This document shows positions 7,548 through 17,305 of a stretch of DNA of 58,437 bases, one piece after another (position 1 is the stretch's first letter; each line of letters begins with the position of its first letter). A program made the translations under genes and the position numbers. Under the pieces are notes generated by a model, which worked only from the letters and a program-made list of their open reading frames with translations, did no database searches and was not told the origin of the DNA. The stretch spans positions 1 to 58,437 of the IMG/VR virus record IMGVR_UViG_3300027816_000115; one strand, 5' to 3'. Source of the DNA: a virus (Duplodnaviria; Caudoviricetes).

Positions 7548-7705
7548 AACCAACGAAAGAACAATTAGAAGAAATTAAAGAAAAGTATATTGATGTACAA
7601 GAAGATATATTATTAGACTCAAATAATAGACCATATGTACAAACAAAAAATGGCAAAATGTATTTGTCAGCTAAAAATAAATATCATTATACTATAAAAA
7701 ATTAA
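7544..7705 (+). CDS. Hypothetical protein (53 aa)
   Basis: Hand-read MKPTKEQLEE...; ATGA overlap. Confidence 0.5.
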   Translation: MKPTKEQLEEIKEKYIDVQEDILLDSNNRPYVQTKNGKMYLSAKNKYHYTIKN

Positions 7706-7707
7706 TT

Positions 7708-8013
7708 ATGACTTACGAAAAATTTGAAAAAATTATGTTAGCTTTAAATAAGTCTAGACAAAATACAGATCTTTTATATAGGCATGGCGTAGATATAACT
7801 GAAATAACAGATCATTTACAAACTATAATAGAAGATTTATTAGGATTTATTTTTACTAAAGAAGGCAAAGATTGGATAGAATGGTTTATATATGAAAAAG
7901 ATTTTGGAGAACGTGAAGATATAAAAGCTTGGGATGCAGATAAAAATGAAATAGCATACGATATAAAAAGTTTATATGAATTATTAATTAACGAATACTA
8001 TAACAAAAAATAA
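7708..8013 (+). CDS. Hypothetical protein
   Basis: ORF track; DWIEWFIYEKDFG. Confidence 0.65.
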   Translation: MTYEKFEKIMLALNKSRQNTDLLYRHGVDITEITDHLQTIIEDLLGFIFTKEGKDWIEWFIYEKDFGEREDIKAWDADKNEIAYDIKSLYELLINEYYNKK

Positions 8014-8015
8014 TT

Positions 8016-8273
8016 ATGACAGACGAACAAATCGAAAAATTAGCAGAATTAGTTTTCCAAAAATTATTAGCTAAACAAAAAGAATGGGACGAGCAATATA
8101 ATACTGATATTTATACTGAGATAGAAATTCCAGACTCAGTAGCTATAGCAACACAGTTAGCAGTAGCAGAAATGTTATTAAAACAATATGTTGAAGAAGA
8201 AAATTATCGGCTTGCTAGTGAAATGCAAAAAACAATAGAATTATTAAATAACAAATTAAATGAAATGAAATAG
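8016..8273 (+). CDS. Small protein with C-terminal UVR-like coiled coil
   Basis: LKQYVEEENYRLASEMQKTI resembles the UvrB/UvrC motif. Confidence 0.55.
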   Translation: MTDEQIEKLAELVFQKLLAKQKEWDEQYNTDIYTEIEIPDSVAIATQLAVAEMLLKQYVEEENYRLASEMQKTIELLNNKLNEMK

Positions 8274-8283
8274 TTGACAAATA

Positions 8284-8328
8284 GTGACGTCAGCTAATTA
8301 AGTTATTAAAATAGCAAGCTAATGTCAT
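8284..8328. promoter_or_regulatory. Inverted-repeat site B, overlapping the start codon of the HTH protein
   Basis: GTGACGTCAG-N25-CTAATGTCAT; matches the site at 194-237. Confidence 0.55.
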
Positions 8329-8942
8329 ACGATAGAAATTTAGAATACTTAAATAAAAAAAGAGTGATATATAGACGCGGACCAATAAATGATAAGCCAA
8401 CAGAAGAATTTAGTTGGGGTAGTTATTATGAAGAAGGTACAAAAGAATGTTATGAACTATTTCGTAGTAGTGCAAAGATAACTACGTATAAATCATTACG
8501 CTGGCATTTATACGTTCTTTGGTATCTAAATAATAATCTAGATCAAAATGCTTTTGAAGATATTGTTAGGTATGTATGTGATAAAAAAAATGGGTTTATA
8601 ACTTTTACAGTTAGCGAACAATTATTACAGAACATGATGTATGATATATCTCTTAAAGACCTTGAAGAACCACCATATAATAAAACAAGAAAGATAATCT
8701 TTAAAGACAACAGTGGGCTTACATTAAACGAGAAGCTAAGCATAGTTGGTAAAATGATTGGTAAAACTAAAAAGGTTAATGAGTCTGATATATACGATGT
8801 TATGCTATACATGCACGATGTCGGACAAAAAATAACAATTAAAAAAATTGCAGAGCATTTTGGTTGTGCAATTAGAACAATACATAGAAACATGAGTAAT
8901 GAATTAAAAAAAGAAAAAGAAATCCTTAATCAAGAATTATGA
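8322..8942 (+). CDS. DNA-binding protein with C-terminal HTH (Rep/initiator-like)
   Basis: ITIKKIAEHFGCAIRTIHRNM helix-turn-helix. Confidence 0.65.
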   Translation: MSYDRNLEYLNKKRVIYRRGPINDKPTEEFSWGSYYEEGTKECYELFRSSAKITTYKSLRWHLYVLWYLNNNLDQNAFEDIVRYVCDKKNGFITFTVSEQLLQNMMYDISLKDLEEPPYNKTRKIIFKDNSGLTLNEKLSIVGKMIGKTKKVNESDIYDVMLYMHDVGQKITIKKIAEHFGCAIRTIHRNMSNELKKEKEILNQEL

Positions 8943-9139
8943 AACAGTTTATAATATTTTTTATAACTTGGGTAGCAAGTAATCTATCTGTCCCGTTTTG
9001 GGTTATTGGACATGTACATTTAACATTAAACGTTTATCATGACATACATGAAATAATAACCTCATTTGGAATGAATATATTAGTTGCCATAGGATTTTGG
9101 ATCGAATGGAAAAATAACATAAAACAAAACAGAAATTAA
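8939..9139 (+). CDS. Small membrane protein
   Basis: Two hydrophobic segments. Confidence 0.5.
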   Translation: MKQFIIFFITWVASNLSVPFWVIGHVHLTLNVYHDIHEIITSFGMNILVAIGFWIEWKNNIKQNRN

Positions 9140-9141
9140 TT

Positions 9142-9906
9142 ATGAAAAGCTACAACATACCAAATTATATAAGGTACAAAGAAGATATAGCTCGTGTTAA
9201 TAAGGATAATAACGAAATAGATTTTAAATCATATTCTAGAGATCAGCTTATAAGTAAGTTTTTACCATTAGTAGAAAATATAGCTAAAAAGTTTTCAACA
9301 ACAACGCAAGCTTCTGGTATATTAGATATTACAGATCTTATTCAATATGGTTCAATTGGATTAGTATTAGCTGTTGACAAAATAGAATGGAGCACAATAA
9401 GCTCTTCTGTTGATCAAGAAAAAACAATTAAGTCGTTTCTATCAAAAAGAATTAAAGGCTCGATTAGAAGGGCTATAGATATTAATAGAGGCGCTATTAA
9501 AATTCCAGAGCATAAGCTAAATGAAATTAGAAAAGATAATGGTCAAGATCATCAAATGGCTGCATTGTTTTTTAATTCTATATTTCTTAGTATTGATGAA
9601 CAAATGAGCGATGAAGACGATGAGAATATGTTATACCAAATACCGGATAGAGCAGAGCCGTATAACATTGATAAAATGAATAGGTTCCTTAAAGAGTTAT
9701 TAGAAAAACATTTAACATATACGGAATATCATGTATTAAGTTTAAGTTATGGATTAGATGGCGATAAATATCCAGCTAATGCAATAGCAGATTTTTTAGG
9801 TATTGAAGGAGCAAGCGCTTATATTAGAATTTCAGAAATTAAGAAGCAAGCAATCGCTAAATTAATTGCTAACGTTGATTCCTCACAAGTCATTGATTAC
9901 CTATAA
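9142..9906 (+). CDS. Phage-encoded sigma70-family RNA polymerase sigma factor
   Basis: Region 2 LPLVENIAKKF..DLIQYGSIGLVLAVDK..IRRAID..IKIP; region 4 VLSLSYGLDG..IADFLG..RISEIKKQAIAKL. Confidence 0.85.
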   Translation: MKSYNIPNYIRYKEDIARVNKDNNEIDFKSYSRDQLISKFLPLVENIAKKFSTTTQASGILDITDLIQYGSIGLVLAVDKIEWSTISSSVDQEKTIKSFLSKRIKGSIRRAIDINRGAIKIPEHKLNEIRKDNGQDHQMAALFFNSIFLSIDEQMSDEDDENMLYQIPDRAEPYNIDKMNRFLKELLEKHLTYTEYHVLSLSYGLDGDKYPANAIADFLGIEGASAYIRISEIKKQAIAKLIANVDSSQVIDYL

Positions 9907-9998
9907 GTTAAATTAAAATTCGTCACAAAAATATACTAAATATGGGACAAAATACGTAATTATTATAATATAAAAACTAAACAATTAAATTTTATTAT

Positions 9999-10571
9999 AT
10001 GGCAAAAAAAGAAGAGCAAACATTATCTTTACATGAAAAGTTGTCAAAGATTCAAGTTGAATTTAAAGCTAATAAAAGTAAGTACAATTCATTTGGAAAA
10101 TATAACTTTAGATCAGCAGAAGATATATTAGAAGCGTTAAAACCTTTTAATGAAAAGTATGGGGTTTATTTTGTAGTTAAAGAGCATGTAACATACAATG
10201 GATCATTACCTATTATGTTATCAAATGCTACAATTTATGATATTAATGGATCAGATTCTATTGAGGCAACAGCTGTTGTAGGTGTTGATTTAGTTCAAAA
10301 AGGTATGCAGACACCGCAAGCATTTGGATCAGCATCATCTTATGGTAAAAAATATGCTTTAGGAAATCTGTTATTAATTGATGATACTCAAGATGCCGAT
10401 GCAACTAATACACACGGCAAAACAACTGCTCCTGTTACAAAGAGTAAATTAGATGTAGGAGATGCGGCATTTGAAAAAGCAAAAGCATTTATTGCTAATG
10501 GTGGATCGTTAGATGCAATCAAAACAAAATACGATTTAACGGCGGCTGCATTAAAAGAATTAACACCATAA
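9999..10571 (+). CDS. ERF-family ssDNA annealing protein
   Basis: KSKYNSFGKYNFRSAEDILEALKP...QAFGSASSYGKKYALGNLLLIDD. Confidence 0.85.
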   Translation: MAKKEEQTLSLHEKLSKIQVEFKANKSKYNSFGKYNFRSAEDILEALKPFNEKYGVYFVVKEHVTYNGSLPIMLSNATIYDINGSDSIEATAVVGVDLVQKGMQTPQAFGSASSYGKKYALGNLLLIDDTQDADATNTHGKTTAPVTKSKLDVGDAAFEKAKAFIANGGSLDAIKTKYDLTAAALKELTP

Positions 10572-10575
10572 ATAT

Positions 10576-11316
10576 ATGACAGAAGAACAAATTAAAAATG
10601 TATTAAAACAACTAGAAAACGATGAGCATTATTATGGAGACCTGGGAAAAAAGTTTTTATCTAACTCCGACATCAGGTCATTATTAAAAGATCCATTAAC
10701 ATTCAAGCAACCAATAGTAGGTAATCCAAATTTAATTAAAGGCGCTTATTTTCACACATTAATATTAGAACCTGATAAACTAGAAAAGATTAAGATCATT
10801 GATACAACGACACGTAATACTACAAAGTATAAAGAACTTTCAATGGGTGAAATGTGTTTATTACAACATGAAGCAGACTCAATAGAATTATTAAGAGATG
10901 CAGTGTTAGAAAATTCAATGACACGTGATCTAATTAGAGATATAGATGTTGAGTATGAAGTACCTGGATTAATAGAATTAGAAGGCGAATGGTGGAAATT
11001 AAAAGCAGATATTAAGAATAATACGCAAGGTTTAATAGTAGATTTAAAAACAACATCTGACATAGATAAGTTCAGATACTCCGCAAAGGAATATAACTAC
11101 GACAGCCAAGCGTATATATATTCTAAGTATTTTAATTTAGATATGGTATTTATTGCTATAGATAAAACGTCAAAGAAAATTGGATTATATGATTGCTCAC
11201 CACAATTTTTAGAAAGCGGTAAATATAAAGTAGAAAAAGCAGTTGAAACATATCGACTGTTTTTTAAAGATGAAAATTTTAACTTAAAAGATTATTGTAT
11301 AACAGAAACACTTTAA
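10576..11316 (+). CDS. PD-(D/E)XK exonuclease (RecE/ExoVIII-like, DUF3799)
   Basis: LSNSDI, GAYFHTLILEP, KADI...VDLKTT, YDSQAYIY. Confidence 0.8.
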   Translation: MTEEQIKNVLKQLENDEHYYGDLGKKFLSNSDIRSLLKDPLTFKQPIVGNPNLIKGAYFHTLILEPDKLEKIKIIDTTTRNTTKYKELSMGEMCLLQHEADSIELLRDAVLENSMTRDLIRDIDVEYEVPGLIELEGEWWKLKADIKNNTQGLIVDLKTTSDIDKFRYSAKEYNYDSQAYIYSKYFNLDMVFIAIDKTSKKIGLYDCSPQFLESGKYKVEKAVETYRLFFKDENFNLKDYCITETL

Positions 11317-11321
11317 ACATT

Positions 11322-11492
11322 ATGAAACAATTAACATTAGTATTAGCAATTTTAGGAATTATTATGGTATCTTGTAGAGAATCAGCAACTGTAGAAGAAA
11401 CACCAGTAGTAGATTCAGTTGAAATAAAACAAACACCAGCTGATACATTAAAAACAGATACGGTAGTAGTAGATTCAGTAACTAATAAATAA
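11322..11492 (+). CDS. Small lipoprotein
   Basis: MKQLTLVLAILGIIMVSC lipobox; internal VVDSV repeat. Confidence 0.55.
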   Translation: MKQLTLVLAILGIIMVSCRESATVEETPVVDSVEIKQTPADTLKTDTVVVDSVTNK

Positions 11493-11498
11493 TTATAT

Positions 11499-11819
11499 AT
11501 GGCGAGTATTATTAAATGTTCAATTAACTTAAATGAAATTCCAAAACACAAAATCATCGATGGAAAAAAAGGAAAGTATCTCCCTATCACCATTACATTA
11601 AATGATGAAGTTGATCAGTTTGGTAACCAAGGACCAGTAATGGTTGAACAATCAAAAGAAGAGCGTGAATCAAAAGCTGCTAAAGTTTATTTAGGCAATG
11701 TAAAAGTTGTATGGACAAATGGCCAAAATGTTAATGCATCAACAAATGATCAACAAAAACCAGGAGCTAGACAACCGGCACAATCTTTTGCACCACAAGC
11801 AGATGATTTGCCATTTTAA
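11499..11819 (+). CDS. Putative single-stranded DNA-binding protein
   Basis: GKKGKYL OB-like core, C-terminal DDLPF, next to primase-helicase. Confidence 0.7.
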   Translation: MASIIKCSINLNEIPKHKIIDGKKGKYLPITITLNDEVDQFGNQGPVMVEQSKEERESKAAKVYLGNVKVVWTNGQNVNASTNDQQKPGARQPAQSFAPQADDLPF

Positions 11820-11894
11820 ACTTATAGATTTAAATTAAAAAATAAACTTTAAGCTTATAAATTTAAAAATAATTAAACAATCTAATTAAATACA

Positions 11895-13628
11895 ATGCAA
11901 GTAAACAGAACCGAAATAAATGGATTCCAAATAGATACTTTTAATCAGCATGGATTAGAAGAGAAAACCCAAGGCATTTGTCCATTATGTTCACACAATA
12001 GAAAAGGTGAACACAAAAAAGCAAAATGTGCATCTTATGATTGGGAAACAGGAATTGGTACTTGCCACAATTGTAATAAGTCATTTCAATTACATACTTA
12101 TAAGAGAAAAGGCGAAACGCAAAAAGTATATGTAAAGCCAGATAGAGACGCTGTTCTCGACTCTGGCTTAACTTATCCTTTATCAGATAAGGTTGTAGAA
12201 TGGTTTGCAACAAGAGGCATATCAAAAAACACATTAGAAGAATTAAAAGTTACAGACGGTACAGAGTTCATGCCGCAGACAAGCAAGATTGAAAACGTAA
12301 TAAAGTTTAATTACTTTATTGGCGATGATCTTGTTAATATAAAGTATAGAGATGGTCGTAAACATTTTAAACTTTATAAAGGAGCAGAAAAAGTATTTTA
12401 CAACATCAACAGTATAGTCGGTTGGGATTATTGTATATTAGTTGAGGGTGAGATGGATGTCTTAGCTCTTGCTGAAGCAGGAATAACAAACGCTATTTCA
12501 GTACCTAATGGTGCGACACTACATACAAATAACTTAGAATACCTAGATAATTGTATAGATTATTTTGAAGACAAAAACAGAATAATCATTGCAGTAGATT
12601 CAGATGAAGCTGGTCAAGCGTTACAATCTGAATTGATTAGAAGGTTAGGATCTGAAATTTGTTATATAGCAACGTTTGAAGATTGTAAAGATGCAAACGA
12701 ATATTTATTAAAGTATGGTAAAGAAGCTTTAGCTCAAAGAATTGGTAAAGCTAAACCTGTTCCATTAGAAAATGTTACAACATTTAAAGATATAGAAGAT
12801 GAGATTACGGACTTTGTTAGGAATGGTTTCAAGCCTGGTTTCCAAGTTGGGTTACCTAATTTCGATGATATATTCAGCACTTATACTGGCCAGTTTATTA
12901 CTGTTACTGGTGTGCCTAGTTCGGGCAAGTCTGATTTCGTTGATCAAATGGTTGTAGGTTATAATAAAAACTATGGCTGGAAAACAGCTTATGCTTCGCC
13001 AGAAAATACACCAACTTATTTACATGCTCATAAGTTAATGCGTAAAGTCTGGGAAGGTATGCCTACAGAAGCAGATATTTATTCAGAAAAATGGAATCAA
13101 GTAGCAGATCATGTTAATGATAACTTTTTCTTTATTGATATGGAACGATATACATTAGACGCTGTTCTTAAAAAAGCAGGAGAGCTTGTAAAAAGAAAAG
13201 GTATTAAATGCTTAGTTATAGATCCATTTAATAAAGTTAGAGACACAAATGCTGAGTCTGCTGATGTCAATGCTTATACATTAGAATATCTAACTAAGAT
13301 TGAAATATTTGCTAAAAAATACGATGTGCTTGTTATGATCGTTGCTCATCCTACTAAAATGTACAAAGATAAAGATGGCAAAATTGAAGAACCAACTATG
13401 TACAATATTAAAGGCGGTGGTGAATGGTATGACGCATCATATCATGGATTATTAGTTCATAGAGATTATGAAAACAAAACTGTTAAAGTAAAAGTATTAA
13501 AAGTTAAGTTTCAAAATCTTGGTGAGAATGGTGCTGAATGTCATTTTGTTTGGGAACCTAAATCTGGTTGCTTTATACCACATATACCAATAGATGCTTC
13601 CAACGATAAATTACCTTGGGAAATATAA
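11895..13628 (+). CDS. T7 gp4/Twinkle-like DNA primase-helicase
   Basis: Zn finger CPLC..CHNC, TOPRIM VEGEMD/DSDEAG/KDANE, Walker A GVPSSGKS, VAHPTK. Confidence 0.92.
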   Translation: MQVNRTEINGFQIDTFNQHGLEEKTQGICPLCSHNRKGEHKKAKCASYDWETGIGTCHNCNKSFQLHTYKRKGETQKVYVKPDRDAVLDSGLTYPLSDKVVEWFATRGISKNTLEELKVTDGTEFMPQTSKIENVIKFNYFIGDDLVNIKYRDGRKHFKLYKGAEKVFYNINSIVGWDYCILVEGEMDVLALAEAGITNAISVPNGATLHTNNLEYLDNCIDYFEDKNRIIIAVDSDEAGQALQSELIRRLGSEICYIATFEDCKDANEYLLKYGKEALAQRIGKAKPVPLENVTTFKDIEDEITDFVRNGFKPGFQVGLPNFDDIFSTYTGQFITVTGVPSSGKSDFVDQMVVGYNKNYGWKTAYASPENTPTYLHAHKLMRKVWEGMPTEADIYSEKWNQVADHVNDNFFFIDMERYTLDAVLKKAGELVKRKGIKCLVIDPFNKVRDTNAESADVNAYTLEYLTKIEIFAKKYDVLVMIVAHPTKMYKDKDGKIEEPTMYNIKGGGEWYDASYHGLLVHRDYENKTVKVKVLKVKFQNLGENGAECHFVWEPKSGCFIPHIPIDASNDKLPWEI

Positions 13629-13978
13629 TGGGTAGTGGATTTAAAAAAGGAAAAGCAATAGACATGGGTAATTATGTAGCTAAAAGTAGAGAACAAGATG
13701 CTTATGTGTGGTGTATACACAACAATATATTAATTGCCCCAAAAGCTAAAAGTAATACTGAATGGTATATATGTATTACTTTAAATGGTAAAACAACACA
13801 AAGTCCATTAGCTTATGAGAAGATTGAAATATGGAAAGAGATTTACAAGTTTTATACATATTATTATGATAAGCACAGCGGTGTGAAAGTTATAAAAGAA
13901 GTTCAACCTAAGAAATATATAAAAGAAGAACCAATAAAACCTAAACCAAAACAAATAATAAATGAACAACTATTTTAA
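13628..13978 (+). CDS. Hypothetical protein
   Basis: ORF track; start at the TAATG overlap. Confidence 0.6.
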   Translation: MGSGFKKGKAIDMGNYVAKSREQDAYVWCIHNNILIAPKAKSNTEWYICITLNGKTTQSPLAYEKIEIWKEIYKFYTYYYDKHSGVKVIKEVQPKKYIKEEPIKPKPKQIINEQLF

Positions 13979-14747
13979 TACAGAGACATACGAAGACCAA
14001 TACAAAAAAATACTATGGAAGTGTCTTAACAATGGTGTAAATCGCGAGGATCGAACCGGTGTTGGCTGCAAATCTATATTCAATGCAAGTTTAAGTATTG
14101 ATCTTAATAATGGCTTTCCGTTAATAACAGGTAGAAAAATGTTTCAAAAAACTTTTGATACAGAGTTTGAATGGTTTATGAATGGTGAAACTAATATACA
14201 AAGATTTAGAGATGCTGGTGTAAAAATATGGGATGCTTGGGCAGATGAGAATGGCGATCTTGGTCCAGTATATGGACATCAAATGCGTAATTTTAACGAT
14301 CAAAATATAGATCAGATGCAAATGCTTATTAAAGGATTAATTGACAATCCGGATAGCCGTAGACACATTATAAGTTTATGGAATCCTGCACAATTAGATC
14401 AAATGCAATTACCTCCTTGTTATTTGTATTTTCAATTCTTTGTAGAACGTGATAGACTTAATATGTTTGTTGTTCAAAGATCTGGAGATATATTTTTAGG
14501 TATACCGTATGATGTAGCATTGTTTTCAAAAATACTTTTGTATGTTGCAGAAAAAACGAACTTAAAAGCGAATTGTATTGACATTCAAATTGTGGACGCC
14601 CATGTGTACAACAATCAACATGATGCTATACACAAATATCTTTGTCAAGAAACTTTTCGAGCTCCTGGCTATATTTACAAAAACGGAGCATTATCCTTAA
14701 TAAATTATAAACACGGCCCAGTAATTACAGCAAAAGTGGCCATTTAA
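13962..14747 (+). CDS. thyA: Thymidylate synthase
   Basis: DRTGVG, DLGPVYG, PDSRRH, LPPC, QRSGD.FLG.PY, DAHVY. Confidence 0.92.
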   Translation: MNNYFNTETYEDQYKKILWKCLNNGVNREDRTGVGCKSIFNASLSIDLNNGFPLITGRKMFQKTFDTEFEWFMNGETNIQRFRDAGVKIWDAWADENGDLGPVYGHQMRNFNDQNIDQMQMLIKGLIDNPDSRRHIISLWNPAQLDQMQLPPCYLYFQFFVERDRLNMFVVQRSGDIFLGIPYDVALFSKILLYVAEKTNLKANCIDIQIVDAHVYNNQHDAIHKYLCQETFRAPGYIYKNGALSLINYKHGPVITAKVAI

Positions 14748-14759
14748 TCTAAATTATGT

Positions 14760-15011
14760 ATGGAACAAGAAACACTTGAAGAAGCTGGTGTTGCTTATGC
14801 GAAAACAGTAAATCAAAACCACACTTCTCATATGTTAGGATTTTACAATGGTGCTAAATGGCAACAAGAAAGAATGTATAGTGAGGAAGATATGAAATTT
14901 GCTTATGAACAAGGCGTAAGATTGGCTTTAATTAGCCAATCTACTTTAGCGCTACATAAAGGAGAGTTTCCAACACCTAAAGAATGGTTTGAACAATTTA
15001 AAAACAAATAA
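14760..15011 (+). CDS. Hypothetical protein (ETLEEA...GAKWQQERMYSEED family)
   Basis: ORF track. Confidence 0.6.
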   Translation: MEQETLEEAGVAYAKTVNQNHTSHMLGFYNGAKWQQERMYSEEDMKFAYEQGVRLALISQSTLALHKGEFPTPKEWFEQFKNK

Positions 15012-15015
15012 GATT

Positions 15016-15357
15016 ATGAAAAAAGATTTTACTAAATGTAATTGGGATAATTGTAATAACGATAGAGTTTATAAAACTAGCATCTATTGCAAAGAGCATA
15101 ATAATCTTTATAGTTTATCTAGGAAATTTGGCATTAGTAAAGATGAAGTAATAATGTTAAGAAATAAAAAATATTGTGATATTTGCGAAAATCCATTTTT
15201 AGATAGTAAAATTTATATTGATCATTGCCATACAAATGGAAATGTTAGAGGAGTATTGTGTATACACTGTAATATTTTATTAGGCCATTCATTTGATAAT
15301 ACTGATATTTTAAACAAAGCAATAACTTATTTAAACAAAAATGAAAGAAAATACTGA
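15016..15357 (+). CDS. Recombination endonuclease VII-like (His-Me) nuclease
   Basis: CDIC...IDHCHTNGNVRGVLCIHCNILLG. Confidence 0.8.
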   Translation: MKKDFTKCNWDNCNNDRVYKTSIYCKEHNNLYSLSRKFGISKDEVIMLRNKKYCDICENPFLDSKIYIDHCHTNGNVRGVLCIHCNILLGHSFDNTDILNKAITYLNKNERKY

Positions 15358-16264
15358 AATTTCACCTCCTGCCTATTATATTTATCACATTCCTGGCAAA
15401 AAAATTGGAGTTACACGTAATCTTAATAAGAGAGTAGAGTTTGCTCAAGGATATACTCCTAGTGAATATGAAGTGCTTGAAACTAGTAATAACATACATT
15501 ATGTTTCAAGTAGAGAACGAGAGTTACAAAGATTATACGGTTACAAAGTTGATCGAGATTCCTATAAACAAGTAGTAGAAAATAATAATAAACTAAAAAA
15601 CCGACAAAAAATGAAATTAAATATCACTGAACAAACAGTTACATTCCCATGCCCGTCAAATAAACTTAAGGGACAGCTTTTAGACGCATTAGGGCTTGAA
15701 TTTGAAACACAATTTGGCAGATATGTACTAACCAATGAATTAATAGATTGGATTGATCAGAACGCTTCAGTTTCAATGTTTAATAATAATAGAAGTTTCG
15801 TATATAATAAGGCATTACATAATGCTTTTAATACTTCTAAGCCAAACAAAAAAGAAGAATCATTTAATACTGATATACGTAGACAATTAAATGAGATGAT
15901 TACTGAAGCTTTATCATCAAATATGATTGCACAAGAAAGAGCGTCTAATAAAAATAGTAATGAAGTTACAAATGTATACGACTTAATTAGAAGTTGGGCA
16001 AATGATAAAGGTATTTATAAATCAGGTGATTCTAAAACACAATATGTTAAACTTATGGAAGAATCTGGTGAATTAGCAAGAGCAATCTTAAAGCAAGACA
16101 AACCAGAAATCAAAGATGCAATTGGCGATATGATTGTTGTATTAACTAATCTTGCATATTTAGAAGGTTTTGATGTTGAGGATTGTGTTACATCTGCTTA
16201 CGATGTTATTAAGAATAGAAAAGGTAAAATGGAAAACGGAACTTTTATGAAATCTACATTATAA
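15341..16264 (+). CDS. GIY-YIG-like N-terminus fused to MazG-like NTP pyrophosphohydrolase
   Basis: YYIYHIPGKKIGVTRNLNKR; C-terminal KLMEESGELARA...DAIGDMIVVL. Confidence 0.7.
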   Translation: MKENTEISPPAYYIYHIPGKKIGVTRNLNKRVEFAQGYTPSEYEVLETSNNIHYVSSRERELQRLYGYKVDRDSYKQVVENNNKLKNRQKMKLNITEQTVTFPCPSNKLKGQLLDALGLEFETQFGRYVLTNELIDWIDQNASVSMFNNNRSFVYNKALHNAFNTSKPNKKEESFNTDIRRQLNEMITEALSSNMIAQERASNKNSNEVTNVYDLIRSWANDKGIYKSGDSKTQYVKLMEESGELARAILKQDKPEIKDAIGDMIVVLTNLAYLEGFDVEDCVTSAYDVIKNRKGKMENGTFMKSTL

Positions 16265-16265
16265 T

Positions 16266-16712
16266 ATGAACAAACAAGAAATTGAATTTAGAGACCCAGT
16301 TGTACAACAAGTTGTAAATAAGTTTGTATCAAGATCTGATGTTGGCTTTGCTAAATATGGTAAAACTATGATTGATGACAAATCTGATATTAAAGCTTGG
16401 CTTAATCATGTCCAAGAAGAGTTAATGGATGCAACGTTATATATTCAAAGGCTAAAAATTGAAATTGAAGATGTATTAGAAGATTTATGGATTGAGCGTT
16501 CTAAAGCAAATTTTATTGATGTTGTAGATCCTGAAATTGTTTCTACATTTAAAGGATTTGAAATTCTTGCTGAGCCTAAAAAAAAGAAAAAGAAAAAAAA
16601 GAAAAAAGAAGCTTATCAAGTAGGTAGAGGCGATACATATTCTTTTACTATAGATGACGATATTGAATGGAATCGCTGTTGTACTAATTGTTGTATGAAT
16701 GAAAAAATCTAG
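16266..16712 (+). CDS. Hypothetical helical protein (MazG/dNTPase-like motif) with poly-Lys tract
   Basis: GFAKYG...WLNHVQEELMDATLY; K10 run. Confidence 0.55.
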   Translation: MNKQEIEFRDPVVQQVVNKFVSRSDVGFAKYGKTMIDDKSDIKAWLNHVQEELMDATLYIQRLKIEIEDVLEDLWIERSKANFIDVVDPEIVSTFKGFEILAEPKKKKKKKKKKEAYQVGRGDTYSFTIDDDIEWNRCCTNCCMNEKI

Positions 16713-17151
16713 AAAAAAAGGTCCAGTAAAATCAAAAAAAATAATATATGATGGTATCACTTTTGCTTCTGGACTTGAAAAGTATATGTACAAAGCTTTA
16801 AAAGAAGCTGGTATAGATTTTGAATACGAGGGGGTAACGTTTGAATTGTTGCCCTCTTTTATCTTTGAAAATGTTTGTATGGAACGGCAATCAAATGGTA
16901 AAGGAGATTTCATGAATAGAGGGTTAAAAAAGATATTGAATCTTAAATATACACCAGATTTTGTTGGTGATAACTTTATAATTGAAACTAAAGGTAGAGC
17001 TAATGAATCTTTTCCATTGCGATGGAAACTATTTAAAAAATGGATGATGGATAATAAAGATTATCGGCCATTATATAAACCACAAAATCAATCGGAATGT
17101 GATACTACTGTAAAATTAATATTAAATAACACCAAACAAAAAAAGAAATGA
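16699..17151 (+). CDS. T7 endonuclease I-like Holliday junction resolvase
   Basis: FASGLE, YTPDF, IIETKG. Confidence 0.8.
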   Translation: MKKSRKKGPVKSKKIIYDGITFASGLEKYMYKALKEAGIDFEYEGVTFELLPSFIFENVCMERQSNGKGDFMNRGLKKILNLKYTPDFVGDNFIIETKGRANESFPLRWKLFKKWMMDNKDYRPLYKPQNQSECDTTVKLILNNTKQKKK

Positions 17152-17297
17152 ATAAATTTAGTGAAAAAAGTTGGTCAATATCAGTTGGCATATACACAGG
17201 CATTTTATTAGGATTTAGAAGTTACGTTGAAAAAAGTTACACTACATACGTAATATATTTACCATTTATAGACATTGCATTAGAAATTGATAATTAA
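17148..17297 (+). CDS. Small hypothetical protein (49 aa)
   Basis: Hand-read; ATGA overlap; fills the gap. Confidence 0.5.
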   Translation: MNKFSEKSWSISVGIYTGILLGFRSYVEKSYTTYVIYLPFIDIALEIDN

Positions 17298-17305
17298 AAA
17301 TAAAT

